From assembly GCA_038214755.1 (NCBI GenBank), contig JBBQRQ010000039.1, forward strand, positions 1 to 43,611: DNA of 43,611 bases. Direction: 5' to 3'. Shown piece after piece: positions 30,359-39,610 of the stretch (the stretch's first letter is position 1; each line of letters begins with the position of its first letter). A program made the position numbers and the translations under genes. The notes under the pieces were generated by a model. The model did not search any database, was not told where the DNA came from, and was given only the letters and a program-made list of their open reading frames with translations. This stretch comes from Verrucomicrobiota bacterium (GTDB taxonomy: Bacteria; Verrucomicrobiota; Verrucomicrobiia; Limisphaerales; CANJXF01).

Positions 30359-30570
30359 TGACTCCGCGCCGCCGCGTCACTTTTCCAAAATTCGTAACTG
30401 AAGACGGCGGCAAACCCGCTGTTTTTGAATGGAAATTTTCCGGGGTCTTGGCGGCAAGGGTCGGTCCCGGGCCTCTCGACTTTCTGCGGATTTTCTCACC
30501 CTTCATGTTTATGTTTTGCCACGAGCAATCAGCACCGTTAGACCGGGCGCAGCTCAATTTCTTGCAAAAT

Positions 30571-30648
30571 AACGGAACGCCGATCTCCTGATCGGCTCGC
30601 CGAAAATGGAGAGCGTTCCAATGCCGATCAGGAGATCGGCGTTCCGTT
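30571..30648. repeat. REP-like perfect 26-bp inverted repeat
   Basis: aacggaacgccgatctcctgatcggc / gccgatcaggagatcggcgttccgtt. Confidence 0.85.
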
Positions 30649-30759
30649 GCCACCTCTTTCCGAAGATTTGAAACCTGCAATTTAGTGAGATGCGCCCCGT
30701 TAGACCACATTTCATGTGGAATCGTTGCGCATATTGAGACGAACTGCTACAAACCGCGC

Positions 30760-31578
30760 ATGGCAGAAAAATTCACTATCGGTTTTCTCGGCGCGGGCAA
30801 AATGGCGACGGCGCTCGCCAAAGGTTTTATTCAAGCGAAACTGGCGACGCCCAAACAAATTTTCGCCAGCGACCCGATTGATGCCGCGCGAAAATATTTT
30901 TCCAAAGAAACCGGCGCGAAAAATTCCGATTCAAATCTCGAAGTCGTTCGCTTCGCGAATATTCTCGTGCTCGCGGTGAAGCCGGGAAATGTGGCGGAAT
31001 TGCTTCAGGAAATTCGTGAAGAGTTTGCGGAGAAACATTTGCTCATCTCCATCGCCGCGGGCGTTCCCATCGCAAAACTGGAAGGCGGATTGAGCAATTC
31101 AGCGCGAGTGATTCGCGTGATGCCGAATACGCCCGCGCTCGTCGGTTCATCAGCGACCGCTTTTGCGCTCGGAAAATCGGCGACAGCCAACGACGGAAAA
31201 CTGGCGGAGAAACTTTTCTCAGCGGTCGGAATTGCTTTTCAGTTGAAAGAATCTTTACTCGACGCGGTGACGGGTTTGAGCGGCAGCGGACCGGCTTACG
31301 TTTATTTGATGATCGAAGCATTAAGCGACGGCGGTGTGGCGTCTGGCTTGCCGCGCGACGTGGCGACGAAGCTCGCGGCGCAAACGGTTTTCGGCAGCGC
31401 AAAAATGGTTTTGGAAACCGGCCAGCATCCCGGCGTGTTGAAAGACATGGTGACTAGTCCCGGCGGAACAACGATTGAAGGTTTGCACGAATTGGAGAAA
31501 GGGAAAGTGCGTGGCGCGTTGATCAACGCCGTCCGCGCCGCAACCGAAAAATCCAGGAAGCTCGGGCAAACGAATTAA
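30760..31578 (+). CDS. proC: Pyrroline-5-carboxylate reductase
   Basis: IGFLGAGKMA, LAVKP, RVMPNTPA, VTGLSGSGPAY and VTSPGGTTI. Confidence 0.97.
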   Translation: MAEKFTIGFLGAGKMATALAKGFIQAKLATPKQIFASDPIDAARKYFSKETGAKNSDSNLEVVRFANILVLAVKPGNVAELLQEIREEFAEKHLLISIAAGVPIAKLEGGLSNSARVIRVMPNTPALVGSSATAFALGKSATANDGKLAEKLFSAVGIAFQLKESLLDAVTGLSGSGPAYVYLMIEALSDGGVASGLPRDVATKLAAQTVFGSAKMVLETGQHPGVLKDMVTSPGGTTIEGLHELEKGKVRGALINAVRAATEKSRKLGQTN

Positions 31579-31665
31579 AAATGAAAAAGGTAAAATTAAA
31601 AATTGCGGCGCGGCAGCGAGTTAGCATCGGCCCATTCGCATTTTTAATTTTTAATTTTTAATTTC
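31576..31665. repeat. AT-rich inverted 7-bp microrepeat
   Basis: taaaaatgaaaaaggtaaaattaaaaatt ... atttttaatttttaatttttaattt. Confidence 0.7.
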
Positions 31666-32793
31666 ATGCCCTTCTCGACCCCAACCGAAAAGCAGTCGCG
31701 CGTGATTTGGTTTTCGCTCACGGCGCTGGCGGTGGCGGCGATGATTCTTTTAGGAGGCTTGGTCGTCTGGGGTTTCGGCTGGCTCGCCAACCAGCTCGCC
31801 TCCGTGATTTTCCCCTTGGCCATCGCGGCGGTGCTGGCTTACTTGCTCGATCCGCTCGTGGATTTTCTGGAACGCCGCAAAGTTCCGCGCACCCGCGCCA
31901 TCCTGCTTGTCTTCTTCGTGCTCTTGATGGTTGTTGTGATTTTGCTGGCGACGGTCGTGCCGCAATTGGTTGTTGAAATTAAAAGTCTCGTGCAACAGAT
32001 GCCGGATCACGCTGACCGGTTGCGGGATTATGTGAGGGATAAACTGTCAACGTCACCTCTGGCCGGGCGCGCACGGGCGGCGATCGCAACGGACATGGGC
32101 GAATCGCTGAAAAACTGGCTGGCATCCGTCGCACCGCTGGTGGGCGGCTGGCTGTTGCTTCAATTTCAACGCGCCGCTTCCTGGATCGGTTTCCTCATCG
32201 GTCTCGCGCTCGTGCCGGTTTATCTTTTCTATTTTCTCCAGGAAAAATCCGGCATCCAACGCACTTGGACGGATTACCTCCCGCTCAACGAATCCAAAGC
32301 GAAAGACGAAGTGGTGTTCGTGCTAACATCCATCAATGACGCGCTCATTGTTTTCTTTCGTGGACAAGTGCTCGTCGCGCTTTGCACCGGAACGATTCTG
32401 GCCATCGCGTTTTCCATTCTCGGATTGAACTACGCCATCCTGCTCGGAGCAATCGCGGCGATTCTCGGGATCATGCCTTACGTCGGTTCGATTGTTTGTC
32501 TGCTGCTCGCGCTGGTTTTATCCGCCGTGCAATTCGGCGACTGGCTGCATCCGCTGCTGGTGCTCGTCATCTTCGGTGCCGTGCAATTGATCGAAGGTTT
32601 TATCATCTCGCCAAAAATTATCGGCGACCGCGTGGGGTTGCATCCGCTCACCATCATCGTAGCGGTGCTGATCGGCACGACGTTGATGGGCGGAATTCTA
32701 GGCGGCGTGCTGGCAATTCCGCTCACGGCGGCGCTGCGGACGCTGATGTTTCGGTATGTTTGGAAAAAGCGAAGAAAAAACTTGGAAATCTAA
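31666..32793 (+). CDS. AI-2E family transporter
   Basis: LAYLLDPLV, FFRGQ, MPYVGS, QLIEG..ISPKIIGDRVGLHP and GGVLAIP. Confidence 0.93.
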   Translation: MPFSTPTEKQSRVIWFSLTALAVAAMILLGGLVVWGFGWLANQLASVIFPLAIAAVLAYLLDPLVDFLERRKVPRTRAILLVFFVLLMVVVILLATVVPQLVVEIKSLVQQMPDHADRLRDYVRDKLSTSPLAGRARAAIATDMGESLKNWLASVAPLVGGWLLLQFQRAASWIGFLIGLALVPVYLFYFLQEKSGIQRTWTDYLPLNESKAKDEVVFVLTSINDALIVFFRGQVLVALCTGTILAIAFSILGLNYAILLGAIAAILGIMPYVGSIVCLLLALVLSAVQFGDWLHPLLVLVIFGAVQLIEGFIISPKIIGDRVGLHPLTIIVAVLIGTTLMGGILGGVLAIPLTAALRTLMFRYVWKKRRKNLEI

Positions 32794-32898
32794 TTTGCTG
32801 CACGCGTTCTTGCTGAAATCGGACGTGGACTTTGAACGTAACATGACCAATGATAAATTGACGTTGATTTAATTCCATTATCTGATTAGATCGCCGTT

Positions 32899-33324
32899 AT
32901 GGCTAACATAAACTATAGCGACGGAAAAGGACCTGTGCTGGCAACGTCAAACTCACGCGGTGACTATGCCAGCGGTTCTCCAGGGTCTCAGAACCATCCG
33001 GACGTCGTCAAAGCGCTCCAAGGTGAGAAAGCGGCCTATGTAAAGCGGAAAGAGGCCGAAAAAAGGAATAACCTTCCCTGCTCCCCGGAATCCGAAAGCA
33101 AAGTGTATGTGCTCATGGGGGTCTTTTTTGTCATCACGTCTTTTCTAGTTTTTTATTTTTCTGGCAACGAGTGGGCAACTTGGAATTTGGTGATTGCCGG
33201 AATGTTTATAGGATGTAGCCTATGCCAATTCCGGTTTTTCGCGGTGGTATTTGCTGTCGTAGGAGGGGTTATCACAATGGGTGGGGTCTGCGCTTGGCTC
33301 TCTAAGTACATTCATCTTTTTTAA
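32899..33324 (+). CDS. Hypothetical membrane protein (lower GC, probably acquired)
   Basis: 141 aa with three C-terminal TM segments. TTGATT-17-TAGATC lies 6 nt before the ATG. Confidence 0.65.
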   Translation: MANINYSDGKGPVLATSNSRGDYASGSPGSQNHPDVVKALQGEKAAYVKRKEAEKRNNLPCSPESESKVYVLMGVFFVITSFLVFYFSGNEWATWNLVIAGMFIGCSLCQFRFFAVVFAVVGGVITMGGVCAWLSKYIHLF

Positions 33325-33339
33325 GAAAAGTTTCGCGGA

Positions 33340-33395
33340 CGCCACCTTTTCGACGCCATCGTGACGAACGAGATGGTGAAAAATCAAAAACCTGC
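33340..33395 (+). repeat. 56-bp inverted, diverged copy of an internal segment of the HAD gene (33934-33989)
   Basis: Encodes RHLFDAIVTNEMVKNQKP versus RHLFDAVVTSEMVKNQKP. 48 of 56 nt identical by manual alignment. Confidence 0.85.
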
Positions 33396-33478
33396 ATTAA
33401 TGTAAAAACGGCCAGACAGCCTCAACGTTTGCCGCGAAAGAATTTGCCGAATATCCAATGGTAAAATAAATTCCCACC

Positions 33479-33694
33479 GTGATTGCTGCATCTGAAATTG
33501 AGCGCATGACAGGGGCTGAGAAATTGGGAGTCATGGAACTTCTGTGGCGATCTCTGGCGGCGCAACCGGAAAAAGTGCCATCACCCGAATGGCATCGGAA
33601 GGTTCTGGAAGAACGTCTTTTAGAAATGGACTCAGGTTCGGCCAAGTTTCTCACCCTCGAAGAATTGAAGGCTCGCCTTGCCAAGCGCGCATGA
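33479..33694 (+). CDS. Putative addiction module antitoxin component
   Basis: EKLGVMELLWRSL...SPEWHRKVLEERL...FLTLEELKARL. Confidence 0.85.
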   Translation: MIAASEIERMTGAEKLGVMELLWRSLAAQPEKVPSPEWHRKVLEERLLEMDSGSAKFLTLEELKARLAKRA

Positions 33695-33788
33695 GGCGCA
33701 TCGTCATTCTGGAACGGGCTGCGGAAGATATGGAACGAGCGCGCGAATTTTATGACGCACAGGAATCGGGGAATGGAGATTATTTAAA
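33691..33788 (+). pseudogene. Truncated RelE/ParE toxin (N-terminal ~32 codons only)
   Basis: ATGA-coupled MRRIVILERAAEDMERAREFYDAQESGNGDY. Similarity stops where the convergent HAD gene ends. Confidence 0.75.
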
Positions 33789-34355
33789 CTATTTCACCAG
33801 CAACTCCCGCACATCCACCGCTTCCATCCCCGCATCGCGAATCGCTTGCATACCTAAATCCGTATCTTCGTAGGCACGACAAAATTCTGGCGCAACACCA
33901 ATTCGTCGCGCGGCTTCGAGAAAAATATCCGGCGCAGGTTTTTGATTTTTCACCATTTCGCTAGTCACGACAGCATCGAACAGATGGCGGATTTTCAAAT
34001 GTTCGAGGACTTGGCAAATAATGATCTGCGTGCCGCCGGACGCGACGGCCATCGGAATTTTTCCATGATTGGCTTTGGCGATTTCCACAACGGCGTGAAT
34101 CGGTTCGACCTGCGCCATGAGCGGCAAATAGGCATTTTCCTTTTCGTGCGAGACGGCGATGTGATCGATGGAAACGCCTTGTTCTTCGCCGAGCATTTTC
34201 AAAATGTCGCGCGACGGAACGCCGCCGAGCGCGTAAAAGCGGTCTTCGGGAAAATGGAGTTTGTGTTTCTGCGTGATGACCTGCCAGGCGCGCCAGTGCA
34301 GCGGCATGGTGTCGGCCAGAGTGCCATCGCAATCGAAAATAATTCCTTTGATCAT
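33789..34355 (-). CDS. HAD family phosphatase (YqaB/beta-phosphoglucomutase-like)
   Basis: IFDCDGTLADT, AVASGG, KPAPDIFL and YEDTDLG. Confidence 0.93.
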   Translation of the reverse strand: MIKGIIFDCDGTLADTMPLHWRAWQVITQKHKLHFPEDRFYALGGVPSRDILKMLGEEQGVSIDHIAVSHEKENAYLPLMAQVEPIHAVVEIAKANHGKIPMAVASGGTQIIICQVLEHLKIRHLFDAVVTSEMVKNQKPAPDIFLEAARRIGVAPEFCRAYEDTDLGMQAIRDAGMEAVDVRELLVK

Positions 34356-34360
34356 AATTT

Positions 34361-34609
34361 ATTTAGTGACTTTCAGTCAGAGTATTTGACCGCCCTCACC
34401 CCGGCCCTCTCCCCCGAGGAGAGGGGGTTCGTGGAGCGGGCTTTGGTGAATTCGAGCGTCGCGGTTGTAAATCTCCGTTTTCCTTTAGCGTCGGAGAAAA
34501 GACCAAAAAGAAACTTGGAGCCGTTGTTTAAACCAAGACGCTGGAACCAATCCTCCCTCTCCTCGGGGGAGAGGGTCGGGGTGAGGGCGAGCGTTTCTCA
34601 TCACTAAAT
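34361..34609. repeat. CCCTCACCCC-family palindromic element
   Basis: 35-bp inverted arms at 34391-34425 and 34555-34589 (one mismatch). Outer IR atttagtga / tcactaaat. Confidence 0.88.
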
Positions 34610-35689
34610 TCACGCCTTCAACGCCGCCAATTTTTCGTTCAAATCATTCGCGGTCAGGGGATCGATGATGCAATCAATGTCGCCTTCGAGAAAGGTCGGC
34701 AAATTATAGAGCGTCAATTCGATGCGGTGATCGGTCACGCGGTTCTGCGGGAAATTATAAGTGCGAATCCGCTCGCTGCGTTCTCCGGTGCCGACTTGCT
34801 CTTTGCGGTGCGCGGCATATTTCGCGTTTTCCACAGCCACTTTTCTTTCCAACAAACGCGACCGCAAAACCGTCATCGCCTGGATCTTATTTTTCTGCTG
34901 CGAACGTTGGTCAGCGCAACGGACGATGGTGCCGGTCGGCTTGTGGATAATTTGCACGGCGGAATCGGTAGTGTTCACGCCTTGCCCGCCTTTTCCGGAA
35001 GCGCGACAAACGTTGATTTCCAATTCGTCGGGTCTGATTTCCAAATCCACTTCCTCGGCTTCGGGCAAAACGGCGACGGTGCAAGTACTCGTGTGAATGC
35101 GGCCTTGTGCTTCGGTTGCCGGAACGCGCTGAACGCGATGCACGCCGCTCTCGTATTTGAGGCGCTTGAAAACATCGGTGCCGGTGATGTGAAAAATAAT
35201 TTCTTTGAACCCGCCTAAATCCGACGGGCTGCTGTCCATGGTCTCAACTTTCCATCCGCGCGTCTCCGCGTAACGCGTGTACATGCGATACAAATCCGCC
35301 GAAAAAAGCGCAGATTCAGACCCGCCTGCGCCCGCGCGAATTTCGATGATGGTGTTTCGGGAATCCGACGGATCGTTGGGAACAATTCCTTTGTAAACTT
35401 CCAATGCAAGACGTTGCTCCTCTTTTTCGAGACGGGAAATTTCTTCTCCAGCCATGGAGGCGAGTTCGGAATCGGAAACCTCGCTGGAAAGAAGCGAGCG
35501 ATTTTCCGCAAGGTCAGCGACGGTCTTCAGATAATTTTTCCCGTGCCCGACCAACTCCCTTAAGCCGGAATATTCGCGGGCCAAATCCTGCGCGCGCTGC
35601 GGATTGGAAAAAACTTTAGGATCGCTTAAAGCCGATTCAATTTCGGCAAAGCGTTGCGAGAATTTTTCGATGTGTGGGAGTAAATCCAT
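34610..35689 (-). CDS. prfA: Peptide chain release factor 1
   Basis: EIRAGAGG, YESGVHRVQRVPAT (PxT motif), GGQ and ERIRTYNFPQNRVTDHRI. Start set at MDLLPH. Confidence 0.97.
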   Translation of the reverse strand: MDLLPHIEKFSQRFAEIESALSDPKVFSNPQRAQDLAREYSGLRELVGHGKNYLKTVADLAENRSLLSSEVSDSELASMAGEEISRLEKEEQRLALEVYKGIVPNDPSDSRNTIIEIRAGAGGSESALFSADLYRMYTRYAETRGWKVETMDSSPSDLGGFKEIIFHITGTDVFKRLKYESGVHRVQRVPATEAQGRIHTSTCTVAVLPEAEEVDLEIRPDELEINVCRASGKGGQGVNTTDSAVQIIHKPTGTIVRCADQRSQQKNKIQAMTVLRSRLLERKVAVENAKYAAHRKEQVGTGERSERIRTYNFPQNRVTDHRIELTLYNLPTFLEGDIDCIIDPLTANDLNEKLAALKA

Positions 35690-35695
35690 TTGATT

Positions 35696-35758
35696 TGTAG
35701 CGGCGAGTCTGTGACCGCCGCTGTAAATATTTGCGGCGGTCATAGACGCGCCGCTACA
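35696..35758. repeat. GTAG-type REP pair (second family)
   Basis: tgtagcggcgagtctgtgaccgccgc ... gcggcggtcatagacgcgccgctaca. Confidence 0.8.
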
Positions 35759-35760
35759 TA

Positions 35761-35812
35761 AAAACGAAACCGCCCGCATTTGCGACAAAGCGACAAAGTG
35801 CGGGCGGTATTT
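35761..35812 (-). terminator. Probable intrinsic terminator after rpmE
   Basis: Stem accgcccgca...tgcgggcggt followed on the minus strand by ttcgtttt. Confidence 0.55.
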
Positions 35813-35821
35813 CTAAAGCAG

Positions 35822-36067
35822 CTATTTCTTTTTCTTCTTCGAGGCGGCAGCGGCTTCTTGAGCAGCCTGAGTTTTCGCCATGCGCTGTTGGAATTTGTCC
35901 ACGCGCCCGGCGGTATCGACAAATTTTTGGGTGCCGGTGTAAAACGGATGGCAAGCGTTGCAAATGCCGATGACGATACTCGGCTTGACCGAGCGGGTCT
36001 TGATCACGTTGCCGCAGGCGCAACGAATTTCCGCCTCCAAATATTTCGGATGAATGTCAGTTCTCAT
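35822..36067 (-). CDS. rpmE: 50S ribosomal protein L31 (Zn-binding type)
   Basis: [20 protein letters not shown] and [10 protein letters not shown]. Confidence 0.97.
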   Translation of the reverse strand: MRTDIHPKYLEAEIRCACGNVIKTRSVKPSIVIGICNACHPFYTGTQKFVDTAGRVDKFQQRMAKTQAAQEAAAASKKKKK

Positions 36068-36158
36068 AAAAGGGACGAAAACCTACCAGCGCGAAATTTT
36101 TTCACAAGCGCGAAATTGGAAAAACGTGAATGCCTGGGCGCATGGTGCGCAAACCCAT

Positions 36159-36256
36159 AGGAGCGCGGACAGCCATGTCCGCGCGTTTCGAAACGGAGAA
36201 AAACCCGGACGTTTTCGCGATTTCCGATTCACGGGGACATGGCTGTCCTCGCTCCT
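36159..36256. repeat. REP-like inverted repeat
   Basis: aggagcgcggacagccatgtccgcg ... cggggacatggctgtcctcgctcct. Confidence 0.8.
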
Positions 36257-36288
36257 TCCATTGGCAAGACGCCCACCAAATGCACCCG

Positions 36289-36672
36289 TCAATGCTTTTG
36301 CCCCAGTAACAAAAGAAGCACCGGAAGAATCAAACCCAGCCCCAGAGAAATCCAGACCTGCCATTTCATTTTGTGAAAACGAAACGCCAGGGCAATTCCC
36401 AGAATCACTGTGACAATAAACGCGGCAGACATGACAGCGACAAGATAACGAAATGGTTTGGTCGAATAACTTTGCGCGGCGGAGTTCGGCAGGAGGGAAT
36501 CCGCGTGAACTGAGCGCAATCGGTCGAGCACAGCTTCAGCTTCGGCGGGACCTTTTCGGCGGTCGGGATGCATCGTTTGATACCAACCCGTGCAAACGAA
36601 AAACAGCAACATCGGCGAAAAAAAACAGCCGAGAAAAAGATGCCATTTGCGGAGCGCGACGAAAACGTTCAT
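36289..36672 (-). CDS. Small membrane protein, PepSY-associated TM-like
   Basis: LRKWHLFLGCFFSPMLLFFVCTG and LRSVH, plus three TM segments. Confidence 0.7.
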   Translation of the reverse strand: MNVFVALRKWHLFLGCFFSPMLLFFVCTGWYQTMHPDRRKGPAEAEAVLDRLRSVHADSLLPNSAAQSYSTKPFRYLVAVMSAAFIVTVILGIALAFRFHKMKWQVWISLGLGLILPVLLLLLGQKH

Positions 36673-36678
36673 GCAAAA

Positions 36679-37302
36679 TTATTTCTCCGGCGGCGCGGGC
36701 ACGAAAATTTTCTGGCCGATTTTTAATTTGTTCCAGGCCACGTTCGGGTTGGCATCCATCACCTGTTTTTGTGTAATAGTCTTCATGCCCTTCGCTTTGA
36801 ACTGCGCGTTGAAGTCATTGACGATGGCGCTCAACGTGTCATTGGGTTGGATCAAATAGGGATAACCTTTGTCGGACGTGGCGCCGGTGTCGGGCGCGAC
36901 CACCGGCTTGGATGGAGATCGAGCAGGCTCCAAAAGTTTTTTGCCGAGCTTGGCAATATCCCCGCGAATCAATTCTTTATCCGCCTCGCGTTTTTTGTCC
37001 ACCTCCTGAATTTTTTCGGCGAGCCGTTTCAAACTTTCCGTTGTGCTGTTGTTGTTGTTCGCGCTGCGCAATTGCGATTGTTCCTCGCGCACTTTTTGCA
37101 ATTCGTTTTCGAGAGCGGCAACTTTTTTTTGCAAGGCGAGATTGGCGGCGAGCATACTTTCCATGTCGGCGGTGATCCGTTTGTATCGTTCTTCCGTTTC
37201 CTGCTTGTCCGCGATGGCGGAGGCGGTGTTGGGGTTTTGGCCCAACAATGAAAATTGCAGCAAGCCGGCCACGAACAGTAGAAAAAGTAAAAAGCGTTTC
37301 AT
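36679..37302 (-). CDS. Secreted coiled-coil + LysM peptidoglycan-binding protein
   Basis: Signal peptide MKRFLLFLL, a coiled coil, then YLIQPNDTLSAI...MDANP....LKIGQKIFVP. Confidence 0.88.
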   Translation of the reverse strand: MKRFLLFLLFVAGLLQFSLLGQNPNTASAIADKQETEERYKRITADMESMLAANLALQKKVAALENELQKVREEQSQLRSANNNNSTTESLKRLAEKIQEVDKKREADKELIRGDIAKLGKKLLEPARSPSKPVVAPDTGATSDKGYPYLIQPNDTLSAIVNDFNAQFKAKGMKTITQKQVMDANPNVAWNKLKIGQKIFVPAPPEK

Positions 37303-37397
37303 AAGTTTGAAAATAGGAGTGTGACGCGCTTTCTTCAAGGCTCTTGTAGGCGCAAAAAGTTTAACTGCTTGCCTACCGGAAGCGAAGGCGCATCCTT

Positions 37398-37593
37398 AGC
37401 CGGAACGATTCAGTGAAGAGCAACGCTCGACCTCACCCCGGCCCTCTCCTCCGAGGAGAGGGAGAATCTTATGCAGCGCTGGAAAATGTTCATGGTTTAG
37501 TGAGTGATGGCGCGTGCTGATGGCAGGTTCCCTCTCCTCGGGGAGACGGTTAGGGTGAGGGCGAGCAATCTTCCCAACTGAATCGTTCCGGCT
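37398..37593. mobile_element. MITE-like element with a perfect 17-bp TIR carrying CCCTCACCCC-family arms
   Basis: agccggaacgattcagt / actgaatcgttccggct. A cttag direct repeat overlaps both ends. Confidence 0.8.
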
Positions 37594-37612
37594 TAGAACA
37601 AAAGGAAGACTG

Positions 37613-38614
37613 ATGAAAACGATATTGACTCCGTTGCTGTTGGTCGTGGTTTTGGCGGCTGCCGCTCTGTCGGCGAGAGCACAACCAGCAACCACCGCTG
37701 GCATCCAGGATTTGAGATTTTACGCGGGTATCACGGCAATCGGCGCGCCCGGAGCGACCTGCGAATTGCAATACACCACTAATCTCCAAAACGCGGATGG
37801 TTGGACGACGCTGACAAATGTCGTGCTCGACACCAACCGGCTCTTTTTTGTGGACTTGGATTCTCCGTTGAGCGCCGCGCGATTTTATCGTCTTCGCCCA
37901 ATAACTGCCGAAACGATTTCCAACCTCGAACGCAAAGATTCCAGCCCGCTTAGTCGCCGCTCGACGGATATTCCTAAATCAGTCCTCTCGCCCGCTTCGC
38001 GCCCGCTCCAAGCAGTAGCGCGGAAGGACGGATGGGGTGAAGTGATCGATCCTGGTCATGATTGTCAGGTGCAAATGAAGGACGATGAAATCCGTATTGA
38101 AGTGCCGGGAACGGCGCATGATTTCGCCGCCGAACTCCGACGTTGGAACGCGCCGCGGGTCCTCACGCCGATTGAGGGAGATTTTGTTTTAGAGGTCAAG
38201 ATTCGAGGGGCGTTCCAACCCGCTGAGCCTAGCACGATTGAAGGCCGACGGCCGTACCATGGGGCCGGCCTGCTGCTGGTGCAGGATGAGCAAAACCATT
38301 TGAGCCTGCAACGCGGGGCGGTGCTTTTGGGAAAGCGCCTGCGCCACTACGCCAACTTCGAGTTGCGTCACGGCCCCGGAGGAAAAGTGTCCAACTACGA
38401 ATTCGAGATTGAAGACCGGGACATTTCCCTTCGGGTAGCGCGGCGCGGCAACCGAATATTGGGCATGGCCAGCCAGGACGGCGTCAACTGGCGCGCGTTC
38501 AATCCCATTGTCGTAGATTTTCCTCAAGCCATAACTGTCGGTGTGGAAGCGATCAACTCTTCTCAAACTCCGCTCTCCTGTTCGTTCCACGGGCTGGCGC
38601 TTTATCGGGAATAG
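37613..38614 (+). CDS. Secreted protein: 'FYRL' domain + DUF1349-like concanavalin-fold domain
   Basis: Signal peptide, then LQYTTNL..W..LTNVVL....FFVD....RFYRL. The C-terminal part has NAPRVL..IEGDF..EVKI, GAGLL, LRVARRGN and SQDGVNW. Confidence 0.75.
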   Translation: MKTILTPLLLVVVLAAAALSARAQPATTAGIQDLRFYAGITAIGAPGATCELQYTTNLQNADGWTTLTNVVLDTNRLFFVDLDSPLSAARFYRLRPITAETISNLERKDSSPLSRRSTDIPKSVLSPASRPLQAVARKDGWGEVIDPGHDCQVQMKDDEIRIEVPGTAHDFAAELRRWNAPRVLTPIEGDFVLEVKIRGAFQPAEPSTIEGRRPYHGAGLLLVQDEQNHLSLQRGAVLLGKRLRHYANFELRHGPGGKVSNYEFEIEDRDISLRVARRGNRILGMASQDGVNWRAFNPIVVDFPQAITVGVEAINSSQTPLSCSFHGLALYRE

Positions 38615-38725
38615 ATTATTGCTGAACAGTTGGAGACCACCATCTCAGCCGCCAAAAACCTGAGGACGGCGCGGCCAGCGCTTTTTCCCTTTTGAACTTG
38701 GCCTAGGAAACATAACTTTTTCCGC

Positions 38726-39586
38726 GTGACGGTTCTCGAAGTGATTCAACGCAGCACGGAATTTTTATCCAAAAAAGGAGTTGAGTCGTCGAGATTGCAG
38801 GTGGAACTTTTGCTGGCGCATTTGTTGAACCTGCCGCGCATGAAATTGTATTTGAATTTCGAGCGCACCCTTGCCGAAACCGAACTCGCCGCTCTCCGGG
38901 AATTTGTCAAAAGACGCGGCAATCGCGAGCCGCTGCAACACATCATCGGCACAAGCAATTTTTGCGGTTACGAATTTTTGGTGAATCGACACGTGTTGAT
39001 TCCGCGGCCCGAAACAGAAATTCTGGCGGGACACGCCTGGAGATTTTTACAGGAGCGAACGGAGAAAACGGAGAGCGTTAAAGCGTTGGATTTCGGAACG
39101 GGCAGCGGTTGTTTGGCGGTGATGCTGGCGATCAAATGTCCGGCGGCCAAAATTCATGCGCTCGATCTGTCCCCCTGCGCGCTCGGCGTCGCTCGAGAAA
39201 ACGCCACTCGCCATAAAGTTTCCGAGCAAATTATTTTTCACGAAGGCGATGGATTTGCCGCGATTGCGGAAGAAACGAAATTTGATTTGATCGCGGCCAA
39301 CCCGCCTTACGTTGCGAGCGAAGAAATTTTGACGCTGGAAATTGAAGTCAAAGATCACGACCCGAAACTGGCGTTGGACGGCGGACCCGACGGCTTGGAT
39401 TTTTTTCGAACGCTCGCGGGTCAGGCGGCATCTTGGCTGAATGCAGAGGGAAATCTGATGGTCGAATTCGGCGAGGGACAAGCCGAATCAATCCGGGAAA
39501 TTTTCGAAAGGCAAAAGTGGATTGTCCAAGCTGTGGAGCGAGACTACAGTCAGCGCGAAAGATTTTTAATCGCGCGACGCAGTTAA
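38726..39586 (+). CDS. prmC: Release factor glutamine methyltransferase
   Basis: REPLQHIIG, VLIPRPETE, LDFGTGSGC, NPPY and ALDGGPDGL. Confidence 0.96.
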   Translation: MTVLEVIQRSTEFLSKKGVESSRLQVELLLAHLLNLPRMKLYLNFERTLAETELAALREFVKRRGNREPLQHIIGTSNFCGYEFLVNRHVLIPRPETEILAGHAWRFLQERTEKTESVKALDFGTGSGCLAVMLAIKCPAAKIHALDLSPCALGVARENATRHKVSEQIIFHEGDGFAAIAEETKFDLIAANPPYVASEEILTLEIEVKDHDPKLALDGGPDGLDFFRTLAGQAASWLNAEGNLMVEFGEGQAESIREIFERQKWIVQAVERDYSQRERFLIARRS

Positions 39587-39610
39587 GCTGCGGCGAAGAT
39601 ACAATTTCAA

